64,000 bases of DNA from positions 982-64,981 of the forward strand of contig JAAUOP010000008.1 in assembly GCA_012034805.1 (NCBI GenBank), in the 5' to 3' direction. Positions 10,233 to 20,321 of this stretch are shown here, piece by piece. Source of the DNA: Synechococcales cyanobacterium CRU_2_2 (GTDB lineage: Bacteria; Cyanobacteriota; Cyanobacteriia; PCC-9006; JAAUQQ01). Under the pieces are notes generated by a model. That model made no database searches. It was not told where the DNA came from and saw nothing but the letters and a program-made list of their open reading frames with translations. Position numbers and translations under genes: made by a program. Numbering within the stretch: position 1 is the stretch's first letter; each line of letters opens with the position of its first letter.

Positions 10233-11489
10233 CTAGCGTGTGATAGCGGCTTGCAGCTGGGACTGGAGTGACCTCGTGGGATCTATTGTTAGACCGGAGG
10301 TGGGTAACTGGGGGCCGATGCCAGGGCTGACATTTGCCGTGACATTTACCAAGGGCCACAGCAGCCAACGGCTGCCGGGGGGGAGTTGAGCGAGGCTGTC
10401 GGGGTTTTGAGTGAGCCAAATGATCGGCTGGCGGGGGCGTTCTGCCCTGATCTCCTCACCCGGTTCAACGGCTGCTAGGGTTTCCAAAATTCGCCGCTCG
10501 CCGTTGACCAGGCCGGAGGCGGCGGTCCAGAGTCGCACCCGTTCGTGATAGCGGCTGGCATAGCGATAGAGCGAGGCCAGGGCCGTGACGGCTTGCTCGA
10601 AGCTGTTGATTTGGCCCGGCCCGATGGGGATGGCGATCGCGGGCTCTAGGGGTGCAATCGTTCCCCAGTCTGTCCCACTGTCGATCGCCAGCACGACCTC
10701 CTGGCCTGCCTGCAACATCTCGAGCTCGCGGACCCGCAACTCGCCATAGCGGGCGCTGGTCCGCCAATGCACCATTCGAATCGGGTCGCCCCAGCGATAG
10801 GGCCGCAGGGCGCGGGTGAGCCCTTCGGTGGCGGCTTGAGAGCGCTGGAGCTTTTGGAGATTCGGGTTTTGTTCTGAGCCGAGGGCGTCGATCAAGGGGC
10901 AGCGATCGAGCGGAAATATCTGCGGATAGACCACGGCCTTCGCCTGAGCCGGAAACGATCGCCGGTACCAAAACAGCCCCAGCGGAGCTGCACTGCGCAA
11001 CAGCACTGAGTCCCAGCGATATACTCCACGAACCTGGGCGCGGCGGTGGTAGCTCAGGGTGTGGTCTTGATGGGGGGGGATGAGGGCGATCGCGGTAATC
11101 TCACTGCCCTTGAGGGCTTCGGGGAGCAGATCCTGAATTTGCATCAGGCTCTTCGCTTGGCGGGTGGGATTACTGAGGGTAAGGTCGAGGCGCAGGTCTT
11201 GGCCCAAGCTAACCGGAGCGAGGGGCCGACGTGCTAGGCGAAGTCCCTGGAGGCTGCGGCGGGTGAGGTAGAGGGCGATCGCCAACAAAGCGACGCTGAT
11301 GCCGCTCATGACGTAAAGCCAGCCCGCCATGGTGTTACTGGCTGCCAAAAAGAAAAACAGCGCCATGCCCCCCAGCAGCCATCCCTTGTAATCGGGGTTG
11401 ACCCAGCGGGTTTCCAGCCAGTCGGTGAAGCGCTGGTGCCAAGGGCCTGAATGGCGACGACCGGAAGGGGGAAGACCGGAGCGACGCAT
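10233..11489 (-). CDS. DUF58 domain membrane protein
   Basis: LRPYRWGDPIRMVHWRTSARYGELRVRELE; start chosen at ATG 11489 (uncertain). Confidence 0.85.
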   Translation of the reverse strand: MRRSGLPPSGRRHSGPWHQRFTDWLETRWVNPDYKGWLLGGMALFFFLAASNTMAGWLYVMSGISVALLAIALYLTRRSLQGLRLARRPLAPVSLGQDLRLDLTLSNPTRQAKSLMQIQDLLPEALKGSEITAIALIPPHQDHTLSYHRRAQVRGVYRWDSVLLRSAAPLGLFWYRRSFPAQAKAVVYPQIFPLDRCPLIDALGSEQNPNLQKLQRSQAATEGLTRALRPYRWGDPIRMVHWRTSARYGELRVRELEMLQAGQEVVLAIDSGTDWGTIAPLEPAIAIPIGPGQINSFEQAVTALASLYRYASRYHERVRLWTAASGLVNGERRILETLAAVEPGEEIRAERPRQPIIWLTQNPDSLAQLPPGSRWLLWPLVNVTANVSPGIGPQLPTSGLTIDPTRSLQSQLQAAITR

Positions 11490-11551
11490 AAAAATGCGCC
11501 CCAAAATGCTCTTAAAGACGCCCTTAAAAGTACGTTTTAATTTGACCCCTT

Positions 11552-12109
11552 TCACCGCAATTGCTCCAAACGCGCCAGCTCTTGCCCAATGGCCTCCGTC
11601 AACCCGAGGCGCGGTGGCAAAAGACGCAGTGCTTTTTTGAGATAGATACGGGCTTTGTCGGACTGGTTCTGGATGATCAGGTGACGCGCCCAGTGTTGAT
11701 AGGTAATCGCCTGCCACTGGCGGACTTCGCTGTCTTCGGGCAGGCGCTGGGCGAGGCCTTCGATCAGGGCGATCGCCCGAGGAAATCGCTGTTTTTGTAA
11801 AAGAACTTGCAGCTTCTGATAAATATCTTGCTTGAACTGTTGCTCGATCTCGGTTTGGGCCACTTGGGCCGCAGAGTAAGTCAGCTCATTCTGAACACCA
11901 GCCAAGTCTGCAACCACCGCTGGGGACACATGCTTGCTCAGCATGTCATAGGCCGTGGCAATGCGGACAAAACGCGCCTGGGCCGCCTGGTCACCGGGGT
12001 TGGCATCGGGGTGATACTGCCGCGCCAGCCGACGATAGGACGCTTTGATGTCTTCATAGGAAGACCCCTCGCGCAATCCTAAAATGCGGTAGCAGTCGGG
12101 CAGTTTCAT
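11552..12109 (-). CDS. DnaJ (J-domain) protein with TPR-like C-terminus
   Basis: YRILGL...YRRLARQYHPD motif. Confidence 0.9.
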   Translation of the reverse strand: MKLPDCYRILGLREGSSYEDIKASYRRLARQYHPDANPGDQAAQARFVRIATAYDMLSKHVSPAVVADLAGVQNELTYSAAQVAQTEIEQQFKQDIYQKLQVLLQKQRFPRAIALIEGLAQRLPEDSEVRQWQAITYQHWARHLIIQNQSDKARIYLKKALRLLPPRLGLTEAIGQELARLEQLR

Positions 12110-12200
12110 GGGACGCGTCAGAACGGATTCATAACATGATAGGGGCACCGCACCGCAATGCCCCTAGAGAATCCTCCCTACGGTGGGGTTAGGCTTCTGC

Positions 12201-12794
12201 TTAGGCTTCTTCAATGACGCGATCGATCAAGCCATACTCCTTCGCTTCAGCGGCGGAGAGATAGTAATCGCGATCGGTGTCTTTCTCGATTTTCTCGATG
12301 AGCTGATTACTGCGCTGGGCCAAAATTTCATTGAGCTTGTGTTTGATGCGAATAATCTCATTCGCCTCGATCTCAATGTCCGTCGCCTGCCGCCGCCCGG
12401 TGCCACCCAGGGGCTGGTGGATCATGATGCGCGCATGGGGCAAGGCCAATCGCTTGCCAGGAGCCCCCGCTGCCAGCAGAAACGCACCCATGGATGCCGC
12501 CAAACCGACGCAAATGGTGACCACGGGCGACTTAATGTATTGGATCGTGTCGTAGATCGCCATGCCTGCGGTGACGGAGCCGCCAGGAGAATTGATGTAG
12601 AGGTTGATCGGCTTGGAATTGTCCTCGGAGTCGAGGTAGAGCATCACCGCCACAATATTGTTGGCCAGGGAGTCGGTGACTTCTTGGCCCAAGAAGATAA
12701 TTCGCTCTTGGCTAAGACGGGTGTAGATGTCAATCCAGCGCTCGTAGGGACTGCCGGGGAGACGATAGGGTACGCTGGGCACACCAATGGGCAT
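12201..12794 (-). CDS. clpP: ATP-dependent Clp protease proteolytic subunit (ClpP3 type)
   Basis: [17 protein letters not shown] catalytic Ser, IMIHQP; [10 protein letters not shown] start. Confidence 0.95.
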   Translation of the reverse strand: MPIGVPSVPYRLPGSPYERWIDIYTRLSQERIIFLGQEVTDSLANNIVAVMLYLDSEDNSKPINLYINSPGGSVTAGMAIYDTIQYIKSPVVTICVGLAASMGAFLLAAGAPGKRLALPHARIMIHQPLGGTGRRQATDIEIEANEIIRIKHKLNEILAQRSNQLIEKIEKDTDRDYYLSAAEAKEYGLIDRVIEEA

Positions 12795-12870
12795 AATAAA
12801 AATTCTCTCGGTAAGGGGATGGTTGAAGCGAGACCAAGTTGAAGCGAGTCTAAAACGTGGCGGGTTGATG

Positions 12871-13566
12871 CTAGCCGATACCTGCGCCGATGGGGGCGAC
12901 GGGAAGCTCCTTGGTGCTCGAGAGGACGCGATCGATCACGCCATATTCCACCGCCTTGTCCGGGGTGAGGTAGAAGGTGCGATCGGTATCTTTGACCAAC
13001 TTCTCGACGGTCTGGCCCGTATTTTTCGAGAGGATCTCCATCATCGTCAGCTTGTTGTCGAGCACTTCCTTGGCCCGAATTTGAATATCTGTCGCCTGGC
13101 CTCGTCCAGCACCCGTGCGCGGCTGACTGAGGACAATGGTCGAGTTGGGCAAACTGGCGCGGCAGCCCTTGGTTCCTGCCGACAAAATAATTGCCGCTGT
13201 GCCCATGGCCTGACCAATGCAGATGGTGTGCACAGGAGGCTTGATGTAGCTAAGGGTGTCACAGATGGCGAAGGCCTCGGTTTCATAGCCGATCGCCGCG
13301 CCGTCGTACCAGGAGGTACCGGTGGAATTGATGTAAAAGAAAATCGGTTTGTCCGGACTGTCAAACTGCAAGTACAAAAGCTGTGCGATGATCAGCTCCG
13401 TCACGTCCACACCCACCCGACGTTTGGTGTCGTCATCCGAAAATAGGGGCAGGCCCAGATAGACGATGCGCTCCTTGAGCAGCAGCGACGGTAGATCTGG
13501 AGGCGGGGTACGGTAGTAAGCTTCCCCGTAGGAAGCTGCTTGGACAGCTTGAATCGGTCCACTCAT
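12871..13566 (-). CDS. clpR: Non-catalytic Clp subunit ClpR
   Basis: [26 protein letters not shown], catalytic Ser/His absent; upstream of clpP. Confidence 0.9.
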   Translation of the reverse strand: MSGPIQAVQAASYGEAYYRTPPPDLPSLLLKERIVYLGLPLFSDDDTKRRVGVDVTELIIAQLLYLQFDSPDKPIFFYINSTGTSWYDGAAIGYETEAFAICDTLSYIKPPVHTICIGQAMGTAAIILSAGTKGCRASLPNSTIVLSQPRTGAGRGQATDIQIRAKEVLDNKLTMMEILSKNTGQTVEKLVKDTDRTFYLTPDKAVEYGVIDRVLSSTKELPVAPIGAGIG

Positions 13567-13805
13567 ATTGGGATCTTGCCTTGGCATTGCGCGTTACCTC
13601 TAACATATTAGCGTTCAGCTACGCGACACGGCGCTGAAAAACGGACGATGACCGCACTCCCGGTTTCAAGTTTTGGGGCAGTTTTAGCCATTGGGCTCAA
13701 ATGGGCTCAGATGGGCTCACGATGAGCTCAAATTATTTTTCTGTCGGCGGCCATTTTGTACGTAGTAATATCTGATACAACCCCCCCCATCCTAGAGGAG
13801 CGAAG

Positions 13806-15107
13806 GTGCAGATGCAGGTTGACTTGAACGTTACGCTGAGTGACCCCCAGGTTGCCCTGGCCCAGTCCAGTAGTCAGCGTCAGATGGCGATCGCGATCGC
13901 GGCTCTGGCGGGCTCAAGGACGGGGCGCTCCGCTCCGCTGAATTTGTGTTTGATCTTGGATCAAAGTGGCTCCATGGGGGGAGCGCCGATGGAGACGGTC
14001 AAACAGGCGGCCCTGCGGCTGCTGGAGAAGCTGTCTGTGGGCGATCGCCTCTCGGTGATCAGTTTTGACCATCAGGCACGTATTTTGATCCCCAATCAGG
14101 TGGTCGCAAATCCGGCGACGCTGAGGCCTGCGATCGCCCAACTGGCGGCGGCGGGGGGCACGGCGATCGACGAGGGTCTGCGCCTGGGGATCGAAGAGTT
14201 TTCGAAGGGCAAGGGCGAGGCGGTTTCCCAGGGGATGTTGCTGACCGATGGCGAAAACGAGCATGGCAGCAACGAGCGTTGTCTCAAGTTTGCCAAACTG
14301 GCGGCGGACTACGGTCTGACGATTAATACCCTAGGCTTTGGCGACCACTGGAATCAGGATGTCTTGGAGCAAATTGCGGATGCGGGCGGCGGCTCGCTGA
14401 CGCACATCGAGCGCTCGGAGGACGTCTTGGGCGAGTTTAGCAAGCTGTTTGAGCGCATCCAAACCGTAGGGCTAACCAATGCGCATTTGGTGCTGGAGTT
14501 GAGTGATAAAGTCGCCCTGGCAAAACTCAAGCCAGTGGCCCAGGTGAGCCCAGACGTGATTGAGCTAGAGCCGCTGAGCGGGGCTCAGGCTAATCAGCTG
14601 GAAGTGCGATTGGGCGACCTAATGGTGGACTTGCCGCGCCAGATTTTGGTGAATCTCTATGTGCAGCAGCTACCCGAGGGCACCCACACCATCGGGACGC
14701 TGCGGGTGCGCTATGACGACCCGAGTACGGGGGAAACCCAATTGCTTTCGGAGCCGGTGGCGGTGACGGTGACGACGGTGCAGGATCACCAGCCTCAAAC
14801 TGACGCGGGGGTGCAGCAGCAGGTGCTGGCCTTGGCGAAGTATCGGCAAACGCAAATTGCGGAGCAAAAGCTGCAAACGGGCGATCGCACCGGCGCGGCT
14901 ACGATGCTGCAAACGGCGGCTCAAACCGCCTTGCAAATGGGCGACCAGCGGGCTGCAACGGTGCTACAGGAAAATGCGACGCGGTTGCAGTCGGGGGAAG
15001 AGTTGTCGGAGAGCGATCGCAAAAAGACTCGCATGGCCTCCAAAACCATGCTGCAGCCTTTGCCCGAGACACAGCCCTTGCCGGGGGAGGGCAATCGTTC
15101 GGAATGA
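13806..15107 (+). CDS. von Willebrand factor A domain protein
   Basis: MIDAS DQSGSM, GGT, LLTDGENEHG, C-terminal RKKTRMASKT. Confidence 0.9.
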   Translation: MQMQVDLNVTLSDPQVALAQSSSQRQMAIAIAALAGSRTGRSAPLNLCLILDQSGSMGGAPMETVKQAALRLLEKLSVGDRLSVISFDHQARILIPNQVVANPATLRPAIAQLAAAGGTAIDEGLRLGIEEFSKGKGEAVSQGMLLTDGENEHGSNERCLKFAKLAADYGLTINTLGFGDHWNQDVLEQIADAGGGSLTHIERSEDVLGEFSKLFERIQTVGLTNAHLVLELSDKVALAKLKPVAQVSPDVIELEPLSGAQANQLEVRLGDLMVDLPRQILVNLYVQQLPEGTHTIGTLRVRYDDPSTGETQLLSEPVAVTVTTVQDHQPQTDAGVQQQVLALAKYRQTQIAEQKLQTGDRTGAATMLQTAAQTALQMGDQRAATVLQENATRLQSGEELSESDRKKTRMASKTMLQPLPETQPLPGEGNRSE

Positions 15108-15633
15108 GAAAGTAAGTGAGAAAATACGATGGATGGGCTCCAAGCTTCGGCATGAAGACACCGGGTGTTGGCAAAAGGCTGGGTTGGCAACCTAGGGGTT
15201 GAAAAACACCCGGTGTCTGGGTATCAGGAGGTTACGGATTGGAATTGTGGCGCTAAGGGAGATGGCGATCGCTACAATTTTCAGATCCATTTTGCCCAGA
15301 CGGTGTTCCATCCAGCTCAATCTCGCAATCCGACGACGCCACAAACGCCCCAGTTGTCCCAAAGGCCTTGACCAAAGGGAACCCATTCGCCTTAAGGATA
15401 CCAGCCCCAAATAAGAACAGCCGTAGTAGGAATAAAAGACCAGCAGCCATCCAACGCCTCACCCTTGAAGACGACTCGCCTACAAAATCCTAGTTGAAAC
15501 CCTAGAGACTATCCGTACAACCAGCCAGTCGGACGACCACGAATCCTACGGATCCAGCGGCCTTCTCCAAGGCGGCACCGTTCCAGAATCATTTAGGATG
15601 AGTGCGCGAATAACACACGAGTAGAACAACACC

Positions 15634-16905
15634 TTGGCGATCGCATTTCCTCAGGTCATCATCATCGGAGGCGGAGCAGCGGGATTTTTCGGGGCGATCG
15701 CCGCTGCCGAGACCAACCCCAACCTCCGCGTCATCCTGCTCGAAGCAGGCCCCGAGGTGCTGACCAAGGTGCGCATTTCCGGCGGCGGTCGTTGCAATGT
15801 CACCCATGCCTGCTTTGATCCTGCAGCATTGGTACAGCATTATCCACGCGGCAGCCGCGCCCTGATCAGCCCCTTCAGCCGCTTCCAGCCCGGAGACACT
15901 ATTGCTTGGTTTGAAGACCGAGGCGTCTCGCTCAAAACCGAAGCCGACGGACGTCTGTTTCCCGTCACCGATGATTCCGCAACTATTGTCCACTGTTTGC
16001 AAAAAGCAGCCCAGCAAGCAGGCGTCGAGATACGTACCCGCTGCCCCGTCATCCAAGTTCGGAATTTACCAGTTCAGAATTTACCCGGTCGGGAACTGAG
16101 CGAATTTGAACTCACCCTCAAAAACGGCCTAGCCCTGCGCTGCGATCGCCTCCTGCTTGCCAGCGGCAGCAGCCCCCTGGGGCACCGCATCGCCACCCAC
16201 CTGGGCCACACCATCGCCCCGATCGCGCCCTCTCTGTTCACCTTCAACATCGCCGACTCCGCCCTCAAAACGCTTGCTGGCGTTTCCGTACCCAATGCCC
16301 AGCTCAAACTGCTTGCCAACGGCATCAAATTCAACCAATCCGGCCCCCTGCTGATCACCCACTGGGGCCTGAGCGGCCCTGCGGTGCTCAAGCTGTCGGC
16401 CTGGGCCGCGCGGGAGCTGAAGCATTGCAACTATCGCGCCCAACTCTGGGTGAATTGGTTGCCGGAGTTGAGTGGGGAACAGGTGCGCGATCGCCTCACC
16501 GCAGGACGCTCTCAAGCTCCCCGCAAACAGCTTTCTAACCATCGCCCGCTGCCCTTGCCCCAGCGTCTCTGGGACTACCTCCTGGCCCACACCGCCATCG
16601 ACCCTGCCACCCGCTGGAGCGAACTTTCCAAATCCGCGCTCCATCGTCTCAGCCAAGCCATTCACCAGGGTGAATATGCCATCACTGGCAAAGGGGTGTT
16701 CAAAGACGAGTTTGTAACCTGTGGTGGCATAAATCTTAACGAGGTCAACTTCAAGACCCTCGAAAGCCGAATCGCCCCTGGGCTCTACTTTGCAGGGGAA
16801 GTTCTCGATATTGATGGGGTCACCGGTGGCTTTAATTTCCAGAATGCTTGGACGACGAGTTATCTGGCTGGGCAATCTATGGCGAAGGGATTATTGAATG
16901 CTTAG
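15634..16905 (+). CDS. HI0933/BaiN family NAD(P)/FAD-dependent oxidoreductase
   Basis: GGGAAG, KVRISGGGRCNVT, VTCGGI, GVTGGFNFQNAW. Confidence 0.9.
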   Translation: MAIAFPQVIIIGGGAAGFFGAIAAAETNPNLRVILLEAGPEVLTKVRISGGGRCNVTHACFDPAALVQHYPRGSRALISPFSRFQPGDTIAWFEDRGVSLKTEADGRLFPVTDDSATIVHCLQKAAQQAGVEIRTRCPVIQVRNLPVQNLPGRELSEFELTLKNGLALRCDRLLLASGSSPLGHRIATHLGHTIAPIAPSLFTFNIADSALKTLAGVSVPNAQLKLLANGIKFNQSGPLLITHWGLSGPAVLKLSAWAARELKHCNYRAQLWVNWLPELSGEQVRDRLTAGRSQAPRKQLSNHRPLPLPQRLWDYLLAHTAIDPATRWSELSKSALHRLSQAIHQGEYAITGKGVFKDEFVTCGGINLNEVNFKTLESRIAPGLYFAGEVLDIDGVTGGFNFQNAWTTSYLAGQSMAKGLLNA

Positions 16906-17100
16906 GCCTCACGGTGCGGCTTAGCGGATAGATAGGGGGCTTTAACCCCTGTCGCTCGGTTCTGCACGTCCCCTCGTCGTGTTGTGGGGAGGACAGTAAA
17001 ACTGCGTCAGTCACGATGCGTCAGCCCACGATGTGTCAGCGATTTAGCCCCCGTTATCCAGCTCCCGTCACCCAGCAACAGGCATACGGACTCGTCTACC

Positions 17101-19034
17101 ATGGCAACTTCTACCACAGCATCACCCCGTCTGGCTCCAGGGATGCGGCTGCGCCAACGCTATCTCATTCGTGAGGTACAGCAGCGCGATCGCTACGCCT
17201 GTACCTACCTTGCGCTTGATCAAGAGCGATTCAATCGTCCCTGTGTCGTGACCGAATTTCCGTTGCAGTCGGCCAATCGTGTCGCACAAGAAAAATTACT
17301 GGAGCGGTTTCGCCAAGCCGCCTATCCGCTGTTTCAGCTGAACCATCCGCAATTGCCCCATTTCTTTGGGGCCTTTCGTCAGCGTCAAAGCCTGTTTCTC
17401 GCGCACAACCATGCCCAGGGGGTATCCTATCGAGAATTGCTGAATGTGCGGCAAAAGCAGGGTAAGGCTTTAACGGAGCCTGAGGTCGTTCACTTGCTGA
17501 TGCATCTATTGCCCGTGTTGAGTGAGCTTCACCAGCTGGAGATTATCCACGGCAAGATTTCGCCAGACTGTATTCTGTTGCCGGTCAAACCGCCTCGATC
17601 TGTGGATGCGCTGTATAGGGTTCTTCAGCATGAAGCTCCGCATTTGGTCGGGCTGGGGGCTGTGGAATATTTGGGCCAAACCCTGGCGATGCTGCAAGAC
17701 GGACGTAATGCAGGACATTGGTCCCCTGGGCAACCGGGTTATGCCTCACCTGAACAGTTGCAAACGGGTAAGCTTTCGCCCAGTAGTGATCTCTATGCCC
17801 TAGCGGTGACGACGTTGGTGCTATTGACGGGACGTCCCCGCAAGACTTGCTCGATAGCCACACCTTAACCTGGAGCTGGCAGGCCCATGTCACGCTGAGC
17901 CCATCCTTCGAAGTTGTCTTGCAGAAAATGTTGGCTTGGCAACCGGGCGATCGCTATCCCACCGCTCAAGCGGCCCTAGAAGAGGTGCGGGTTGCGTTCC
18001 ACAAAATGAGCTTGCACACGGTTTTTTCGCGCAGTCAGGATTCGACAAGTCAGGTTGCGGCTGGATTGCCGACGGCGCTGCAACGGCCCACGATCGATTC
18101 GCGATCGCCCAAGTCACCCAGCCGAGCGACGGGCTTTGCCAAGCTCCGCCAGAGTGCTTCTCGCCCCCGGCACAGAGTATCTGGATCCCGGTCATCCCAG
18201 GCCTTCCGCCATCACGCGTCAGTTGCTCACGCACTATCTCATTCCCCATCCGTTCATCACCCCCAGGATCCCCAAATGCCATTCCATCTCCATTCGTCTG
18301 ATCCCCTCGGATCTAGCGGTCGCCCAGAAACAACCAGTCGTCTCGAAATGGCCGTTGTGATTGGACTGAGCCTGGGCGCGTTGGCGATCGCGACCGTATT
18401 GACCACCGCGAGCTTTGCCCCCGTGGATGCGCTTTCCTCGGGGCGAACCACTTGGCTCCAGCAAATTGTCGTGCCGAGGCAGTCAACACCTAACCCAGAG
18501 ACTTCGAACGCTGCGTCAAAACGCTGGCAATTGCCTCGACTGGCTTGGCGACGGGGCGGATTCCAGGCCAGATCCTCAGCAGAAAAGCTCGATTTTGCCC
18601 AGCCGATGATTGTCACCCCAGCGAATCCGGTCAGGGAGGCCGATCGCCCCGTTGAGGATCAAATGGAGGATCAAGTTGATCGCAAGGCCGAACTCCAAGC
18701 ACTCCAATCGGGCCTGGAAGACATCCCCGTGCCGATTTATTTCAGCCCCGGCCAACCCGCCCAAACGGTCTCAGGGACGCTCTACGAATTGCGGCATCAA
18801 AGCTATTTGGTCGTGGGCGAGGCAGGCCAAAAATTGATGGTACAACTGGATGCGGTGGATGCGGAACTGAGTATCCTCGATGCCTACAAGCGTCCGCTGG
18901 CGTTGGATGCGGAGCTGACCCAACATTGGCAGGGGGAATTGCCGGGGGGCGATCGCTACTATATCCGCATCATCGGCAAGGGCGAATATCGGCTGCATGT
19001 GCAGCTCCAAGCCCCCGAGGATCTTGCGGAATAA
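17101..19034 (+). CDS. Membrane Ser/Thr kinase-like protein with degenerate catalytic motifs; frameshift near 17840
   Basis: Kinase scaffold (LNHPQLP, GYASPEQ, SSDLYALAVT, P.DRYPTA), TM helix, C-terminal beta domain. Confidence 0.75.
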
Positions 19035-19082
19035 TCTCTACGATGAGACGCCCTAAACAACGCTCAGGAAGTTCTTGAAAGG

Positions 19083-20321
19083 TTAGTCAGTGAAATGCTG
19101 ATCGGCGATTCCCCTTGGTCGGTATTTCGATCGCATGAGACTTGCCGTTTTTCGGTCATATCGAAATTGATCGATAGTGCCTTCCTTGATTTTCTCGATC
19201 GCCGCTTCAATCGCTTCCAGTGGCACAAGGAACCACTCTTGCGGCTTCACAGGTGCGCCGAAGCGATCGATCAGTTCCAAATCCAATCTGGCGCTGCCAA
19301 AAAACTTCTGAAGTATTGCTTCAAGTCCCCTCTGATTGATATTTGCAAGCTTGAACGTGGCAATGATTTCGACTTCTGCCAGCAAGTAGGTCGGGTCTTT
19401 CTTGGCCTTGGAAATCCGACTTTTAATATCGCCGCTCGTCACACCGATCTTGTGAATAACAGACCGATGCTTCGCAATAAAGGGATGTTCTGATTTACTT
19501 CTGAGCACGTAGATATAGCCGCTGGGTAAGTCGTCCGCTGCTTCAGTACCCAAAAAAAGTGGGCCGAAATCTGGGGTGGTAATGCGGCGGCTTGCCTTGT
19601 CTTTATTTAAGGCCCGTTGGAGCGATCGCATCAACAGGTCGCTTTCGGTAGCATTGTCATACACCACCCTGAGTCTGCAATCTTGGCGGCCATGGTCACC
19701 GATAAACAGCTCGCCCATTTCAGCAACCAGAACCTTGTGCCCATCCAGAATGAACATATCACCTGGATTAACTGCTGCATTGTCTTGATATTTCAGCGTT
19801 TTCCGTAAGCCTGTCTCTAGATCGTTTTGAACGCTTGCAAACAGGGGTTTGAATTGCTTGAAGTCCTCACAGGGATCGCGTTGTGCAATCTCTTCAGCAG
19901 CCTTGATTTCGCTGCGCGATCGCACATACTGAAGCTGAGTGATATCGTCTTCTGAGGCGGCTTCGAGGTCGAGGGAAGCCAGGAGGTCTTCATCTGTCAG
20001 GTCTTCCTCTAGAGCAAAGCTGGTCTCACTTTCAGCATCTAGCAGTCCCCGCAAATCTAGCGACCGTAGGACTTCGCGGCATTCTTCAGACTCCCGCAGG
20101 CGCTCCAGCCTTAAAGCATAGATCCGCTCGAAGATATCGAGATTTTCCCCATGCTGGGGCAATCTACCCTGTTCTTCTACAAAGCGTTCGATTTCTTCAA
20201 AGCCTGCGATGATGCGCTCTTCTTTAGCAGAAAGCACTTTAGACTTGACGGGTGCTGTGTCTAGACCCAAGTCACCGAGTAAAGCCAGATCTGCATCCGT
20301 CGTTTGCTTTTGTTTAGGCAT
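19083..20321 (-). CDS. YeeC-like GIY-YIG / T5orf172 nuclease
   Basis: GYIYVLRS...HKIGVT...RI...KDPTYLLAEV...EWFLVP; overlaps the helicase stop. Confidence 0.85.
   Translation of the reverse strand: MPKQKQTTDADLALLGDLGLDTAPVKSKVLSAKEERIIAGFEEIERFVEEQGRLPQHGENLDIFERIYALRLERLRESEECREVLRSLDLRGLLDAESETSFALEEDLTDEDLLASLDLEAASEDDITQLQYVRSRSEIKAAEEIAQRDPCEDFKQFKPLFASVQNDLETGLRKTLKYQDNAAVNPGDMFILDGHKVLVAEMGELFIGDHGRQDCRLRVVYDNATESDLLMRSLQRALNKDKASRRITTPDFGPLFLGTEAADDLPSGYIYVLRSKSEHPFIAKHRSVIHKIGVTSGDIKSRISKAKKDPTYLLAEVEIIATFKLANINQRGLEAILQKFFGSARLDLELIDRFGAPVKPQEWFLVPLEAIEAAIEKIKEGTIDQFRYDRKTASLMRSKYRPRGIADQHFTD

Noticed and set aside
15165-15462. Short overlapping ORFs between the VWA gene and the HI0933 gene
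   Set aside because: No motif, clear SD or consistent frame supports any of them
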